This document shows, piece by piece, positions 34,303 to 47,500 of a stretch of 64,000 bases of DNA. A program made the translations under genes and the position numbers. Numbering within the stretch: position 1 is the stretch's first letter; every line of letters starts with the position of its first letter. The notes beneath the pieces are model-generated. The model was given only the letters and a program-made list of their open reading frames with translations. It was not told the DNA's origin and searched no databases. Origin of the DNA: Macrostomum hystrix. Taxonomy: Eukaryota > Animalia > Platyhelminthes. The stretch spans positions 16,616,001-16,680,000 of the forward strand of contig CATNEN010000038.1 of the NCBI GenBank assembly GCA_950097015.1, written 5' to 3'.

Positions 34303-35780
34303 CTACTGCCACGTGATTGGGTTGCGTCCAGTCGAATGCCTTCCAGGCCCCGGTGCCGCGTCCAACCTGACCTGTACAGTTTGCAACGACCACTGCCGAC
34401 TATCTGCCACGGCGTCTCTCTTCGGCGGAGCACTTCGGCATCGTCTATGCATCGGTTGCTGCTGCTGCTGTTGTTGAACCAGCATTGGCGAGCCGTCCAC
34501 GCGTAAACGGTCGTTAGCCTCGCTGGCCCACTCCGGATGGATGAAAAACTCGCCAGCGCCGCTGCCGCCGCCAGACGATCGAAAACAGGCGTCGCGATGA
34601 TTGCAGCTGCTCTGCTGACGACCGGTAAGGGGCCGCTGACGCTGCTTTTGTTGCTTCTGCTGCCGAAGCTGCTGCTGCTGCTGCGACTGCCTCTGGCTGC
34701 TGAGCATGATAGCTTCCGGTCCTCCAAAATTTACTGGACTTGTTGTTAACCTAAATTTTTTTTTCTAAATTTATTTCTTTGAAGTTTGTCTAGTTTGCAC
34801 ATTTCACGGTTGTTTTCTTTCAAATTATACGAGCTTACCTAGCTGAACAAGCTTGACACAATTTACAAAATTGTAACACACCAACAGAGTGGTGGCAACA
34901 TAGCGCAGGAGGACCAAAACCGTTTTTAAACCTTTTTTAACTGTGGAAAAACCACGGGGGTATTTCAAATACCCACATTTTTCTGTATCTCCTTAGGTAC
35001 TGAACCAATCGCCACGAAAATCCAGGAACACGGGCTAGACTTTGCCGCTCTATCCGATAAATGCGAAAGTTAATTTCGGCTTTGAAAGTTAATTAATCGT
35101 AAATGGCGGAAAACTTTAATTAATATGGTGGACTTTTACGATAATGTTTCATTCGGTTCGGGAGCTATCAATAGCGTGTTCTTTCTACAGTTATTCTTTA
35201 ACAGCAAAAGAGTTGGTTATATTTACAACTGTAATCTTGCCTTGTATGTAGCTGCTGTGCAAGCTCGCTATTGAGCAGCTGTCCGACACCAAAGTTCGGA
35301 TCAGGTGGATCTACATAAAAACAACGGCTGGAGGGCGACTTCGGAGGTTGCTGCTGCTGCTGTTGTTGCTGATTAATAATGTTAGAGCTTCGGCTGGTGT
35401 CCATACTAACTGATGCGACACGAAAGTGTCTGAAATGTGTCGTGAATATAGTTTAATAAAAAAATCTACCGTGTATTTCAAGCGTCTATTATAATATACA
35501 TTTAAAAGAGGCCTGCGCTTGGTTTGCACGAAAAAACGGAAATATAGATTTTATAGGAGAACGGTTGATCGGATGATTTTATTAGCTAGACTCGACATAG
35601 TAAACAAAAAGATGGATTCATTGAAGATACGATCGTAACTAACTTACCTGGCGGAAGGCGGCCGGCCGCTCATGCCAACTCGGCTGCCGCTCAACGGGCC
35701 TGAACTTCGCAAGTCTGGAGTCGGTAAGCGGACAAAATCTTCCGGAAAGCGCTTGATAAGGCTAGCCAGACTCACAGCCG

Positions 35781-35832
<52 letters not shown>

Positions 35833-37952
35833 AGAGTCTATGGTAAAGCTTCTGGAAGACGCTGCCGCACTTCTCGCCGTAGATGGCCTGCTTCGAGCGG
35901 AATCTGTGCAGTAGTTTATGTTTTTTTCCTTATTTTACATAGTGGCGCCCACATTTACCCTTTGGGATATGTTCAGTGCACTGCAGTGTACAGTGTCGGA
36001 TAGGAACACAATTTGTTCATAACAGGCTACGGTGGTACTGCTAGGATTTTTTACTAGTTTCCGATGTGTGTGCTGCTGGCATTGGAGGGGATAGACGGGC
36101 AGACTTGTCCTAAAGGCGAACACAGACTTCAGGTATTGCTTGTAAAGGACCTTAAAGCTTTCTGTTGCTTTCTGCTTTCTGGATTATGCCTGCCTATATG
36201 GATAGATGTTTGAAATTGGACGGTAATTGGAAAATATTCTGGCTGCCTAAACTATGGGTTTCCACCGATTCTCTCAAGAACGCAGTAGGAAAACTTCGCT
36301 TTAGTCTAATCTACCTGGATTTAATTTAATTTCACGCTGTAGAAGAGCATTTGCGCCAGGGTATATCAAGCAGTTTTATAAAGGAATCTTTATTTCTATA
36401 AATAAATGATATTGAGACGGAAGCGAGCAGAAACAAATTTATACAATGCGCGCTAATCCACAGACAGGAGGGACTCACGCGCAGGCCAGTAAGGCTCGCC
36501 AAGCACCTGAAGCAGATGTCCCCGACGGGAGTTCCTCAGCGCCCACCTTCGGCGCTCGAGGTTGGCCCGCTCGCCCAGTCGAGGCGTCACCAGAAAATAG
36601 CCAGCTGGCTGCGCGGAATTGGGTTGGTGACAGATTCTACATAATATTATTCGTCAAATGTAATCGACAAGAATCGAGAAAAAAATACTTTTGACACCAT
36701 ATGGAGCGTCCCAACATTTTGAATTTGAAATTTCACATGATATTTAGCACTATGATCGTCGCAATCTTAGCGTCACATGCATCACTATTATCGTCACAAT
36801 CTTAGCGTCACATATATCACAATGATCGTCACAATCTTATAGCGTCGCACGCATCACTATGATCGTCACAATCTTAGCGTCACATACATCACTATCATCG
36901 TCACAATCTTAGCGTCGCACGCATCACTATGATCGACACAATCTGAGCGTCACATACATCACTATCATCGTCACAATCTTAGCGTCACATGCATCACTAT
37001 TATCGTCACAATCTTAGCGTCACATATATCACAATGATCGACACAATCTTAGCGTCACATGCATCATTATCATCGTCACAATCTTAGCGTCACATGCATC
37101 ATTATCATCGTCACAATCTTAGCGTCACAATCATCACTATTATCGTCACAATCTTAGCGTCACATGCATCACTATCATCGTCACAATCTTAGCGTCACAT
37201 GCATCACTATCATCGTCACAATCTTAGCGTCACACGCATCACTATCATCGTCACAATCTTAGCGTCACACGTATCACTATCATCGTCACAATCTGAGCGT
37301 CTCATTTATCACTATCATCGCTGCATTCTGACTGCCCGTTGTTTCATAATGCTTGTCTCATTGTGCGCCAAATGCGTCCCAATAGTTTATATAGGATGCT
37401 TAAAAATGATTGCCATTTCCAGCACAGTATTCAATCGTCATCACTTTCTGGATCTCGACGATGATTTCATGATGATGAAGTGTGTGCCCTGTGATTAAAT
37501 TTTTTATCAAGGTACGCCAGTACTACAAACCCTGCACTGCTGTCCATTGAATGGCTTCAGAGCCGGCGGTTGAAACAGAGTCGCTGACACGGCCTCTCCT
37601 TGTGCATTCCGCCACAGAGCCGACGATGAATTTCGCAGAGGACGAGCTGCGGTCAGAAGCATGTTTTGCTGCTGCTGCCTTGGCTTCTTACGATTCTGGA
37701 TTGGTCTGGACGGCCGGGTGTCATCGAGTGAGGCAGAAATTTCCTCAACTTCTTCATCGTCGCTTCGATGACTGTCATGCAGCAGAAGTCCTTCGCGATA
37801 GCTTCGGGTCAAAGACTCTAATGTCACGACCTCATCCTTCTGGTGCTGGACGATTCCGCGCGATGGCGACGCCTCTGCTGGCAGCTTGACCACCAGCGAA
37901 GACACGGAAGCAGAGTCCAGCGCCTCAGCGGCTGTAGTACCATCCGCTGACA
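34303..37952 (-). CDS. Uncharacterised low-complexity (polyQ, Ser/Arg-rich) multi-exon gene; probable exons near 37530-37952, 36479-36600, 35648-35904, 35228-35405, 34303-34750
   Basis: GC-rich open segments bounded by GT/AG sites. The GCC AG|gtaag (35648) to ag|T ATG GAC (35405) junction is phase-consistent; other junctions could not be resolved. No recognisable domain. Confidence 0.45.
34938..35170 (+). mobile_element. Family C element, internally deleted copy
   Basis: TTAA-CTGTGGAAAAACCACGGGGGTATTTCAAATA start, then AACCAATCGCCACGAAAATCC and TTCGGGAGCTATC shared with 5575-5910. Confidence 0.7.
35785..35830. repeat. (CTG)n/(CAG)n trinucleotide run, polyQ on the minus strand
   Basis: About 15 uninterrupted units. 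Confidence 0.95.
36746..37321. repeat. ~35-bp minisatellite (CATCGTCACAATCTTAGCGTCACATGCATCACTAT)n
   Basis: Direct tandem units. Confidence 0.95.
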
Positions 37953-38676
37953 TGGCTTTGTTCTGCTCGCACACTTTTGTACGCTTTGTTTAAGCCTGGC
38001 AGGTACTCTGTACTGAACTACCAGCTGTTGTGCTATTATTTATCTATTTCTCAGCTCCTCAGTGGTTAAGACAGAATTAATCAAGCATGGAAATAATATG
38101 AAGAGACTGAAGACTCAAGACAGTTTTGAGTCTACTACACAGCCATGGCCAGCCATTTCTGTGCTCTCAGGCCTTGCTTAGCGGTGTATAAGCGCGGCAG
38201 CAAACTCAGACCCCCCAATGCCAATTTCTTTCTGCAGCCAATAATGCAAAACTATCTTCATTGTCATCATAGTGCTCAGGTGGCTAATCAAGTCTTTCTG
38301 TACGACAAAGGGCGACAGTCTCTAGTCTGTCCCGCTCTACAGCAATCTGCTGAAATCTACAGCGAAATGCACATCCTATTGTACTCTATGGCCAATGAGA
38401 GAATAGAGGCACTGAAAAATTAATTAGCGGTAAGAACTGTGTCGTATAGGTAACCAGAGTGCCATTTTGATAAATGTCCCATATAAAAATATCTAGTGGC
38501 TCTGTTGGTCAGTAGACTTTTATGCCTATTTTAAGATTTGCAGCAATACAAGCTAGTTAGATATTTCAAGAGTCTGGTAAGCAAAGCGGCCACAAATAGG
38601 CTACAAGCATCCTTGCCTAAAGTTAAGAGTATATCAATTCTTCTCATCAACCATTATTCTCATCAACCATTATTCT

Positions 38677-39800
38677 CAGCTGTCATATCTCCTGCCCTAG
38701 CTGTCACATCTCTCCCCTTGCTGTCACATCTCTCCCCTAGCTGTCACATCTCTCCCCTAGCTGTCACATCTCTCCCCTAGCTGTCACATCTCTCCCCTAG
38801 CTGTCACATCTCTCCCCTAGCTGTCACATCTCTCCCCTAGCTGTCACATCTCTCCCCTAGCTGTCACATTTCTCCCCTAGCTGTCACATTTCTCCCCTAG
38901 CTGTCACATCTCTCCCCTAGCTGTCACATCTCTGCCCTAGCTTTCACATGTCTCCCCTAGCTGTCACATGTCTCCCCTAGCTGTGACATTTCTCCCCTAT
39001 CTGTCACATCTCTCCCCTAGCTGTCACATCTCTCCCCTAGCTGTCACTTCTCTCCCCTAGCTGTCACATCTCTCCCCTAGCTGTCACATCTCTCCCCTAG
39101 CTGTCACATCTCTGCCCTAGCTGTCACACTTCTCCCCTAGCTGTCACATCTCTCCCCTAGCTGTCACATCTCTCCCCTAGCGGTCACATCGCTCCCCTAG
39201 CTTTTACATCTCTCCCCTATCTGTCAAACCTCTCCCCTAGCTGTCACATCTCTGCCCTAGCTGTCACATCTCTCCCCTAGCTGTCACATCGCGATCCCCT
39301 AGCTTTTACATCTCTCCCCTATCTGCCAAACCTCTCCCCTATCTGTCACATCTCTCCCCTAGCTGTCACATCTCTCCCCTAGCTGTCACATCTCTCCCCT
39401 AGCTGTCACATTTCTCCCCTAGCTGTCACATCTCTGCCCTAGCTGTCACATCTCTCCCCTAGCTGTCACATCTCTCCCCTAGCTGTCACATCTCTCCCCT
39501 AGCTGTCACATCTCTCCCCTAGCTGTCACATCTCTCCCCTAGCTGTCACATTTCTCCCCTAGCTGTCACATCTCTGCCCTAGCTGTCACATCTCTCCCCT
39601 AGCTGTCACATCTCTCCCCTAGCTGTCACATCTCTCCCCTAGCTTTCACATCTCTCCCCTAGCTGTCACATCTCTCCCCTAGCTGTCACATCTCTCCCCT
39701 AGCTGTCACATCTCTGCCCTAGCTGTCACATCTCTGCCCTAGCTGTCACATTTCTCCCCTAGCTGTCACATCTCTGCCCTAGCTGTCACATCTCTCTCTC
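38677..39800. repeat. 20-bp minisatellite (CTGTCACATCTCTCCCCTAG)n
   Basis: About 55 units. Confidence 0.97.
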
Positions 39801-40499
39801 CTGCCTGATCAATCCCCTGACACATCTCTCTTATGTCATGTATCGTACTTTGCGTAAACTGCACGACTTTTTAAAGAATAGTCAGACGGTTCATAATGAA
39901 AAGTTGATGAATTTAATACCAACGGAAAAAATTCTTAATAATAACGTATACAGCTCTTAGGTTCTTAGGTCAGTATTCTGTCTATCTGTAATTGTTAAAC
40001 TTATAGCGCAAGTGAACATAAAATTGAAGCTCGATACCTAGGTACAGAAAATACATGCAGAAATAGGATCGGCCAGTCTTAGCGTAAGAAAAGCGAGTTT
40101 ACAAAAACATTTATAATACAGATTTTATTAATACAAAGACTGCAAAAATATGTATCGAAACTTGCCAACAAAAATCTATTTAAACATATGCACTAAAATT
40201 AGACTTTTTAACACAAAAAATATGCAATTAAGATACTACTTATTGTAAGTATAAAAAGCGATTTTTTCGAACCATGTTTGTTTACAAACTATATTTCTAA
40301 GAAGAATCAAGCTAATCAATGTTCTGTGAACAAACAGTATACAATATGTGAGAGTATCGTCAGTGCGTGGCATGCAGAGAATATGCAGTTTGCTTTTAAA
40401 TTTAATTAACGCATGTTGCACAGCACGGATCAGAACCACTTTTTTGTGTACAATATTCGATGTCATATTGTTGATAGCGAATGTCATTTCACTTTTTAT

Positions 40500-40945
40500 C
40501 TCACTTGATGAACGCGGACTAAACTTATTCGCTCTAACCGATAAAACAACTTCCAGAAGCAAAGAAACATCATCATCGTCGAGACATTCAACGACTCTAG
40601 TCGGGGTATCTGGTGGCAAAATCAACAATAAAGGCATAAATTTTCTGCTCACAAAACTTCGTATTGTAAACATGTGGAATTTTTATTGCCGACTATAATT
40701 TATTGATTATATCATGAATAACTACGACTATATTATTGAAACAATATGGATTCGCCATAGAGGTTCATACAGGGCAATGATAGTTGTCCTTGTCACCAGG
40801 GTTCTTCGATAAGAATCGCTTAATATATCGACGATGCTGATGTTGGACGACTTTGAAAGTTAGTTCATTGAGAAGGGCGGAAAATGTTGATAATTTTGTG
40901 GACTTTCACGAAAAATCAGTTATTCGCTTCCGGAGCTGAATTGTG
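40500..40945 (+). mobile_element. Family C element, internal part with long central spacer
   Basis: CATCGTCGAGACATTCAACGA..GTCGGGGT..TTCTGCTCACAAAA and AAGAATCGCT..CGACGATGCTGA..CTTTGAAAGT..AAGGGCGGAAAA match 5660-5860. Confidence 0.75.
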
Positions 40946-41076
40946 GGAATTTGAAACGCTGTTAATAATTTCATTTGAAAAAATGCCATCTATTTAATCA
41001 ATGGCACGGAGCAATACTGGTCAAATATTCGTCTCGGTTGATTAAAATAAGTCCTCGATCATTATACTGCCGTGTG

Positions 41077-41405
41077 GTCGGTGGCAGAGCGGTTAACGCG
41101 TTTGCCTCTCGCACCAAGTTCCCCAAGTTCGATTCCGTGGCGAGGCCACATTTATTTGGGGCGAAGGCATGTCATGCAATTTACGCTCTTAAGGGCCAAC
41201 CTCCAAGGCACAGTGTACACTGCCTGACGATGAGAAAGTCAGGGCGGATGTACACACCTGTGTGAGCGTGTGCCTGCGTACAGTATCTGTGTGCGTGTGT
41301 GCTCAGGAGTCAGCAAAATCGGCAGAATTGCCTCCTTGCTGGCTGCGGGTCTAGTGTCACCAAATGGTCACCAGTGCACACAGTCCGCCTGAAAACATTA
41401 TTATT
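41077..41405 (+). mobile_element. SINE-B near full length, ~125 bp 3' of the protocadherin stop
   Basis: GGTCGGTGGCAGAGCGGTTAACGCG (A box), GTTCGATTCC (B box), body and ATT tail. Confidence 0.88.
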
Positions 41406-41530
41406 TTTATAAATGCGTTTAGAGTGGACTAGAATTTTATAGAATGTCTCCGTGATGCTGCTAATTATCATCTAGGTAAAATCCCGGGAAGCCACTGGGC
41501 GGGAGAGTCCGCAGGTGTTATCCCGCCCTG

Positions 41531-44500
41531 TCACACAAAACTGCCCGACTTGGCTTCCTCGGCTACTTGCAAATAGCGGCCACTGCCGCTGGGGCTCCCG
41601 CTGCTACCGTCGCAATGTCCGTTCTCTTGAAGGCGCCGCTGAAGATCGCCGCCCCTCAGCAGGTGGGTCTGCAGGTGCCTCGGCAGAGTGCAACAGGCCA
41701 CATCAAAGGGCGCCATTGTGCCTGCAGCTGCATCGCCCGCTGAGCGCTGTTTAAAGTGAACTGCGGTTGTCGAGGCGTTGCTAAGCGGCCAATTTTTGTG
41801 CCCGGAGCGCAAACTCTGATAAGGACTGCTGCTGCTGTTGCTGTTGTTATTGTTGTGTCGGAATGTGCTCATTGGCTGCTGCTGCTGCTGCTGCTGCTGG
41901 TTTATTCGTTTGCCGTCTATTCCGATTTGGTCTGAAATTGTGTTTGAGATTGCAACCTCGAAGTTTGAACTTTTATCAGAGAGGTCGGGAGTTTAAATCG
42001 CAGTCCGTAGCTGCTTTAGTACCGGGACTTGCTGCTGATTAGTTTGCTACTGAAGCATCAAACCAGACTACTTTTCAACAATAGTATGCTGCAGATATTT
42101 TAGGATTAAACAAAACAAAAAGTAAATATTTTTTGTTAATATGCAGAGCATCTTGGGTTTCCAGCCAGTTCTGAATCAGCAGTGACTTTCTATTTAAAAA
42201 ATGTTAAGTTTCAAATAATAGTACAAACTGGGATTTTTCAGGGATGGGTTATTTCTTTGCGGCCAGCTCAGTTTTGCTGCAAGGGTCAACTGAAAAATTC
42301 TCAACATTACACGCCTATTCACTTTAGAATAAGAAAACACTCCATACAAGAACTATATGGAGTTCTTTATTTGAATTCCTGCATTGGAAGCTCCATTTTG
42401 GAAGACCAATGCTCCATTTCATGAATTTTGAGAAGTCAAATCGAGCTTGAACTCTTCGTAAATGATTATAACAGTTGTAGGAGGGCTGCGGGCAATGGCA
42501 CATTATTTGGTGACACTAGACCCGCAGCCAGCGCGGAGGCAATTCTGCCCATTTCGCACACAGATACCGTACACAGGCACACGCTCACACAGGTCTGTAC
42601 ATCTGCTATGACTTTCTCGTCGTCAGGCAGTGTACACTCTGATTGTGCCTTGGAGGTTGGCCCTCAAGGACGTCAATTGCAAGACAAGCCCCCAAACCTT
42701 CCCTCTGCGGCTGTGTCCCCAAATGAATGTGGCCTCGCTACGGAATCGAGCTCAGGGACCTTGGTGCGAGAGGCAAACGCGTTAACTGCTCAGCCGCTCA
42801 CCCTCTTTGAACTCGCTGATATCTCGCGTGGCATTAGTTAATGAGGCATGCAACACAGCGGAGTATGCGGAATGGCCTGCCGCTTTTGTCTTCCATTTCA
42901 TTCGGACTTTTTTCGATTCGAAACAGCAAGCAGCGGGTTCCTTTTTAAGTTGAGTAGAGAGCTCAACTTTAATTAACAGCCTTCTACTATTCACCGACCC
43001 TTCTCAGCCTTAACTAATTGCAGTCTTTGTTTTTTAACCGCAGCTTTTATAAACAATGATCTGATCAAAGCTGTGATTGAACAGGCCGCACTGACTGGCT
43101 GTGAATGCCGTGCGGTTCCCAGAGGCTCCGCATTGTTTCTTAGCATTTCCCCATACTAGATCCCATTAAAGAGTGTGCCCTGATCATTTTCCCAGGCTTC
43201 AATCTCGGGTCTGTTTCTTTGGGAGGGCCGCGGGGTGATTGCGCAATGCTCAAATATTTGATCACGCAGGTGTAAAGTAAGAAATAGTTTTAGATTTTTT
43301 ACCAACTTCACTATAGGGAGATGCAGAATATTTGGCTACTGGGGCAGATTCAGAGAGTGTGAGGGAAAGAAAAACGAGGTGAGGTTTTAGAGATTGTAGA
43401 GGGATAAAGACAGTGAGAATTATGACATAGTTTAGTAGGAATGGGAGTAGAGTAAAGGGTTGAGAATTAGGGAGAGATTTTTGGGATCCAAGATAAATTA
43501 TTATATTCGCGAACAAACGAACTCACCTTTGGCTGATCTGGCATTTCTGCTGCCATTATCGCTACTGCAGCCTTTGCCGCTGTCAAGGCTGTCACCGTCC
43601 TCTCCTGTTGAGAGCATGCACTTTCCCTGAAAAATGCAGTTCGGTTTATAATTATTCACCAATAAAGTGAATACAAAGTTCAATGTACTTTAAATGAACT
43701 GCTAAGAATTTATGACCCCAGAAAGTTATTGCGAATAACGCGTTTGCCACTCGCACCAAGGTTCCTGAGTTCGATTCCACGACGAGGCCACATTCATTTG
43801 TTGCGCAGCCGCAGAGAGAAGGCTTGGGGGCTTGTCGTACAATTTACGCCCTTTGAGGGCCAACCTTAAAGGCACAGTGAGAGTGTGCACTGCCTGACGA
43901 TGAGAAAGTCAAGGCAAATGTACACACCTGTGTGCGTGTGTGCTCAGGAGTCAGCTGAATGGGCAGAATTGCCTCCTCGCTGGCTGCGGGTTTAGTGTCA
44001 CCAAATGATGTACCATTGCCCGCAGCCCTCGCGCAATTATTATTATTATTATTTGACAGTTCATCAGTTAAGAAATTCACTTGAAAGGCAAGAAGGGATA
44101 TTAGTTTTTGTTGGTTTTCGCCAGTCTTTAGGGGCTGATTAGCTAATAGAGTAAGGAAACGGACAGCCTGTCAGCCTTAGACTTACTCCCTACTCGAAAC
44201 ACCTGTATTTCTCCTTTCATCTGTTTCAAGCCTTCAAGCACCTTGCCTTCCTTCCTAACGTAAGATATTAGCTTTCACAAAGCCAGTCCCCCACTCACAA
44301 TATACGAGCTTCATTCACTAATTGAAAAGCTTTTAGACCGGTAGAGTGGAACACAACTTCTGCTCAAACATTTTCGCCGAAGCCGGGCTGAGCGTAAACT
44401 AATTCTGAGCGTCAGCTTTCAAGCTTACATTTTGCTCTTTCTTGTGTCTCAATTCTCGAGGCTCTTATGAAGGCCTGTGTTTTGTTGGATCATTCATTAA

Positions 44501-47500
44501 TTAGGCTTCTCTGACGATATAGACCGCGGGATAATAATCAACTGATGCAGACGCAACAAACATCATCTCAATCTCATTGTCCTGTTCTAAACATTAGGGA
44601 GACATCAGGCCAACCTCTGTGTGATCAGCCAACCTCTGTGTGATCAGCTACACTCTCTGTGATCAGCCACACTCTCTGTGATCAGCCACACTCTCTGTGA
44701 TCAGCCACACTCTCTGTGATCAGCCACACTCTCTGTGATCAGCCACACTCTCTGTGATCAGCCACACTCTCTGTGATCAGCTACACTCTCTGTGATCAGC
44801 CACACTCTCTGTGATCAGCCACACTCTCTGTGATCAGCCACACTTTCTGTGATCAGCCACACTCTCTGTGATCAGCCACACTTTCTGTGATCAGCTACAC
44901 TTTCTGTGATCAGCCACACTCTCTGTAATCAGCCACACTTTCTGTGATCAGCCACACTCTCTGTGATCAGCCACACTTTCTGTGATCAGCCACACTCTCT
45001 GTGATCAGCCACACTCTCTGTGATCAGCCACACTTTCTGTGATCAGCTACACTCTCTGTGATCAGCCACACTCTCTGTGATCAGCCACACTCTGTGTGAT
45101 CAGCCACACTCTGTGTGATCAGCCACACTCTGTGTGATCAGCTACACTTTCTGTGATCAGCCACACTCTCTGTAATCAGCCACACTTTCTGTGATCAGCC
45201 ACACTCTCTGTGATCAGCCACACTTTCTGTGATCAGCCACACTCTCTGTGATCAGCCACACTCTGTGTGATCAGCCACTCAGTAGTGATCTCTCCCGTGT
45301 CTCATCTCTCCAGTGTCTCATCTCTCCCGTGTCTCATCTCTCCCGTGTCTTATCTATCCTGTGTCTCATCTCTCCCGCGTTTCGTCTCTCCCGTGTCTCA
45401 TCTCTCCCGTGTCTCATCTCTCCCGTGTCTCTTCTCTCCAGTGTCTTATCTCTCCTGTGTCTCATCTCTCCCGTGTCTCATCTCTGCCGTGTCTCATCTC
45501 TCCAGTGTCTTATCTATCCTGTGTCTCATCTCTCCCGCGTTTCGTCTCTCCCGTGTCTCATCTCTCCCGTGTCTCATCTCTCCCGTGTTTACTCCCGTGT
45601 CTTACCTCTACCTTGTGTTATCTCTACAAGAGAACCATATCTCCACTAGGTACATACGGTTGCCGACCCTAGATGCTTTAAGTGTTTCAATAGTTTAAAC
45701 TAGAGCTCGGTAGTCAAGTAAGTCACTCAGTCAGACACCGCACATAGAGGATAAGAAGGCAAGGCTTGAGGAGCCAGTGACTCAGCTCAATTCTCTAATT
45801 AGGGTTGGGGACAATTTCTCCTCCTCTTATCCCATGCTCCTATATTCCCAGCTCCGACTCATATTTCAACATTCCGCTCAATATACATTATATACACTGT
45901 GCCAGCCATTCCCCTAGAATAAAACCTCACAAGTAAAGTTGAGAGTGAGAGTGAGATAAGCTAAGAGAGAGAGGGAGGAGAGAGAGAGCAGTTTGAGCAG
46001 TTCCGGCAGTGTGCAATTTCGCGGCTAATAATAATATCTCCCATCATATAGGTGATCGCAATCCAACAGGTAGGCATTGCGCCGCATAGAAAGGGATGTG
46101 ATAAGACACAAACGGGGAATAAAAAACGATTTTGCGAGTGGCTTATCGCAACATTTGCGCTAGCGCGATGCTGCTCAGATTTTAGCACTTGCCTAGTCAG
46201 TGGTGTCACGGATTAGACAGGTAGATGGGGGAGACAAGGAGTATGTGCTTGATGCAGCCCCGCTAATGAGGCGGGGCAGGCATAAAACAGACATGACTGC
46301 GCATGTCGATATCAATCAGTTGCCTCACGTCCTGCCCCTCCTAACAACAATTCTGAGCATGTCAATCAGGGAGATAAATCCTCGTTCAAAGATATGCTGC
46401 AGAATTTTACTGTGAGATCCTAATCAGATACGAAATAATTGATTATCTGAGGAACATGCATCTGGAAATGTGGTAAATCGAAAGTATACCGCTTGCAAAA
46501 TAGTTACCTTTCTGCAATTTAATTTTCAAAATTTTCTCTTCCCGAATCGGAAGTGCCTGAGATACTCGTAGAAACTGCGGTGAGCACCTTTGTTTGGTGC
46601 ATGCGATTCGAACAAAGATTGTGCACACATCCTCTCTATGGAAAGACAACAAGGGATATTTAAAATAACCACAGTTGAATTACATTATTTTTATGAAAGT
46701 CCACCATATTGATTAAAATTGACCGAAAGTCAGAATCATCGAGATAATGCACGATACTTGTTGGACATAAGCCTCTATGGCGTATTGGTCCATATTGGTT
46801 CACTAGTAATTATAATTAAAAATATAATAATAATAATAATAATTGATTACAACTGCCCCAATTGGGTCAGATGTGCAGCCGACAGCACAGTCGCAGCTAA
46901 TGCGCGGCGCATCTGAAGGCTGCGTACAGCTGTTCAGTCCACGGACTGGGGGGACGCCACACCCACCTTCAATTATCCCAGCTGATGCTGGTACCCATTT
47001 AACAGCTGGGTGAACTGAAGCAATGCAGAGTTAAGTGTCTTGCTGAAGGACGCAAATTGTTCCAGTGGAGTCGGGAATCGAACCCCCGACCTTCAAGTCG
47101 TGAGTCCGACGCCCTAACCACTAGGCTACAACCTCTGCTTTTTTATTTTTTATTTTATTTTTACATTATAAAATTATCACCAATGCAATATAACAAGCAT
47201 TATTATAGCCTACATGGTTACATGATGAAATTTGGTAGCAGAAAACTATGCCTATGTTGGTGATTTTTGCCACCAGTGACCATTCGACGAGAATCGTTGA
47301 ATATCTTGATGACACCAATGTTTTGTGATTCTGACAGTAGCATCATCGAAAATAAAGGAATGAGATTTTAGCCAGTCTCAAATCAAATATGCCTTGTTAA
47401 TAAACTGAAAAGTTGCAAACCTCAGCCGGTGGCAGAAAAGCCCGCATGCTCTTCTGTTCCGTCTCCAACGGACTCAGTGCCAGTGCCACCTGGTAGTGAT

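Noticed and set aside
47060-47135. tRNA gene (A/B boxes), likewise at other SINE heads
   Set aside because: Always continues into a shared SINE body and ATT tail; dispersed, decayed copies.
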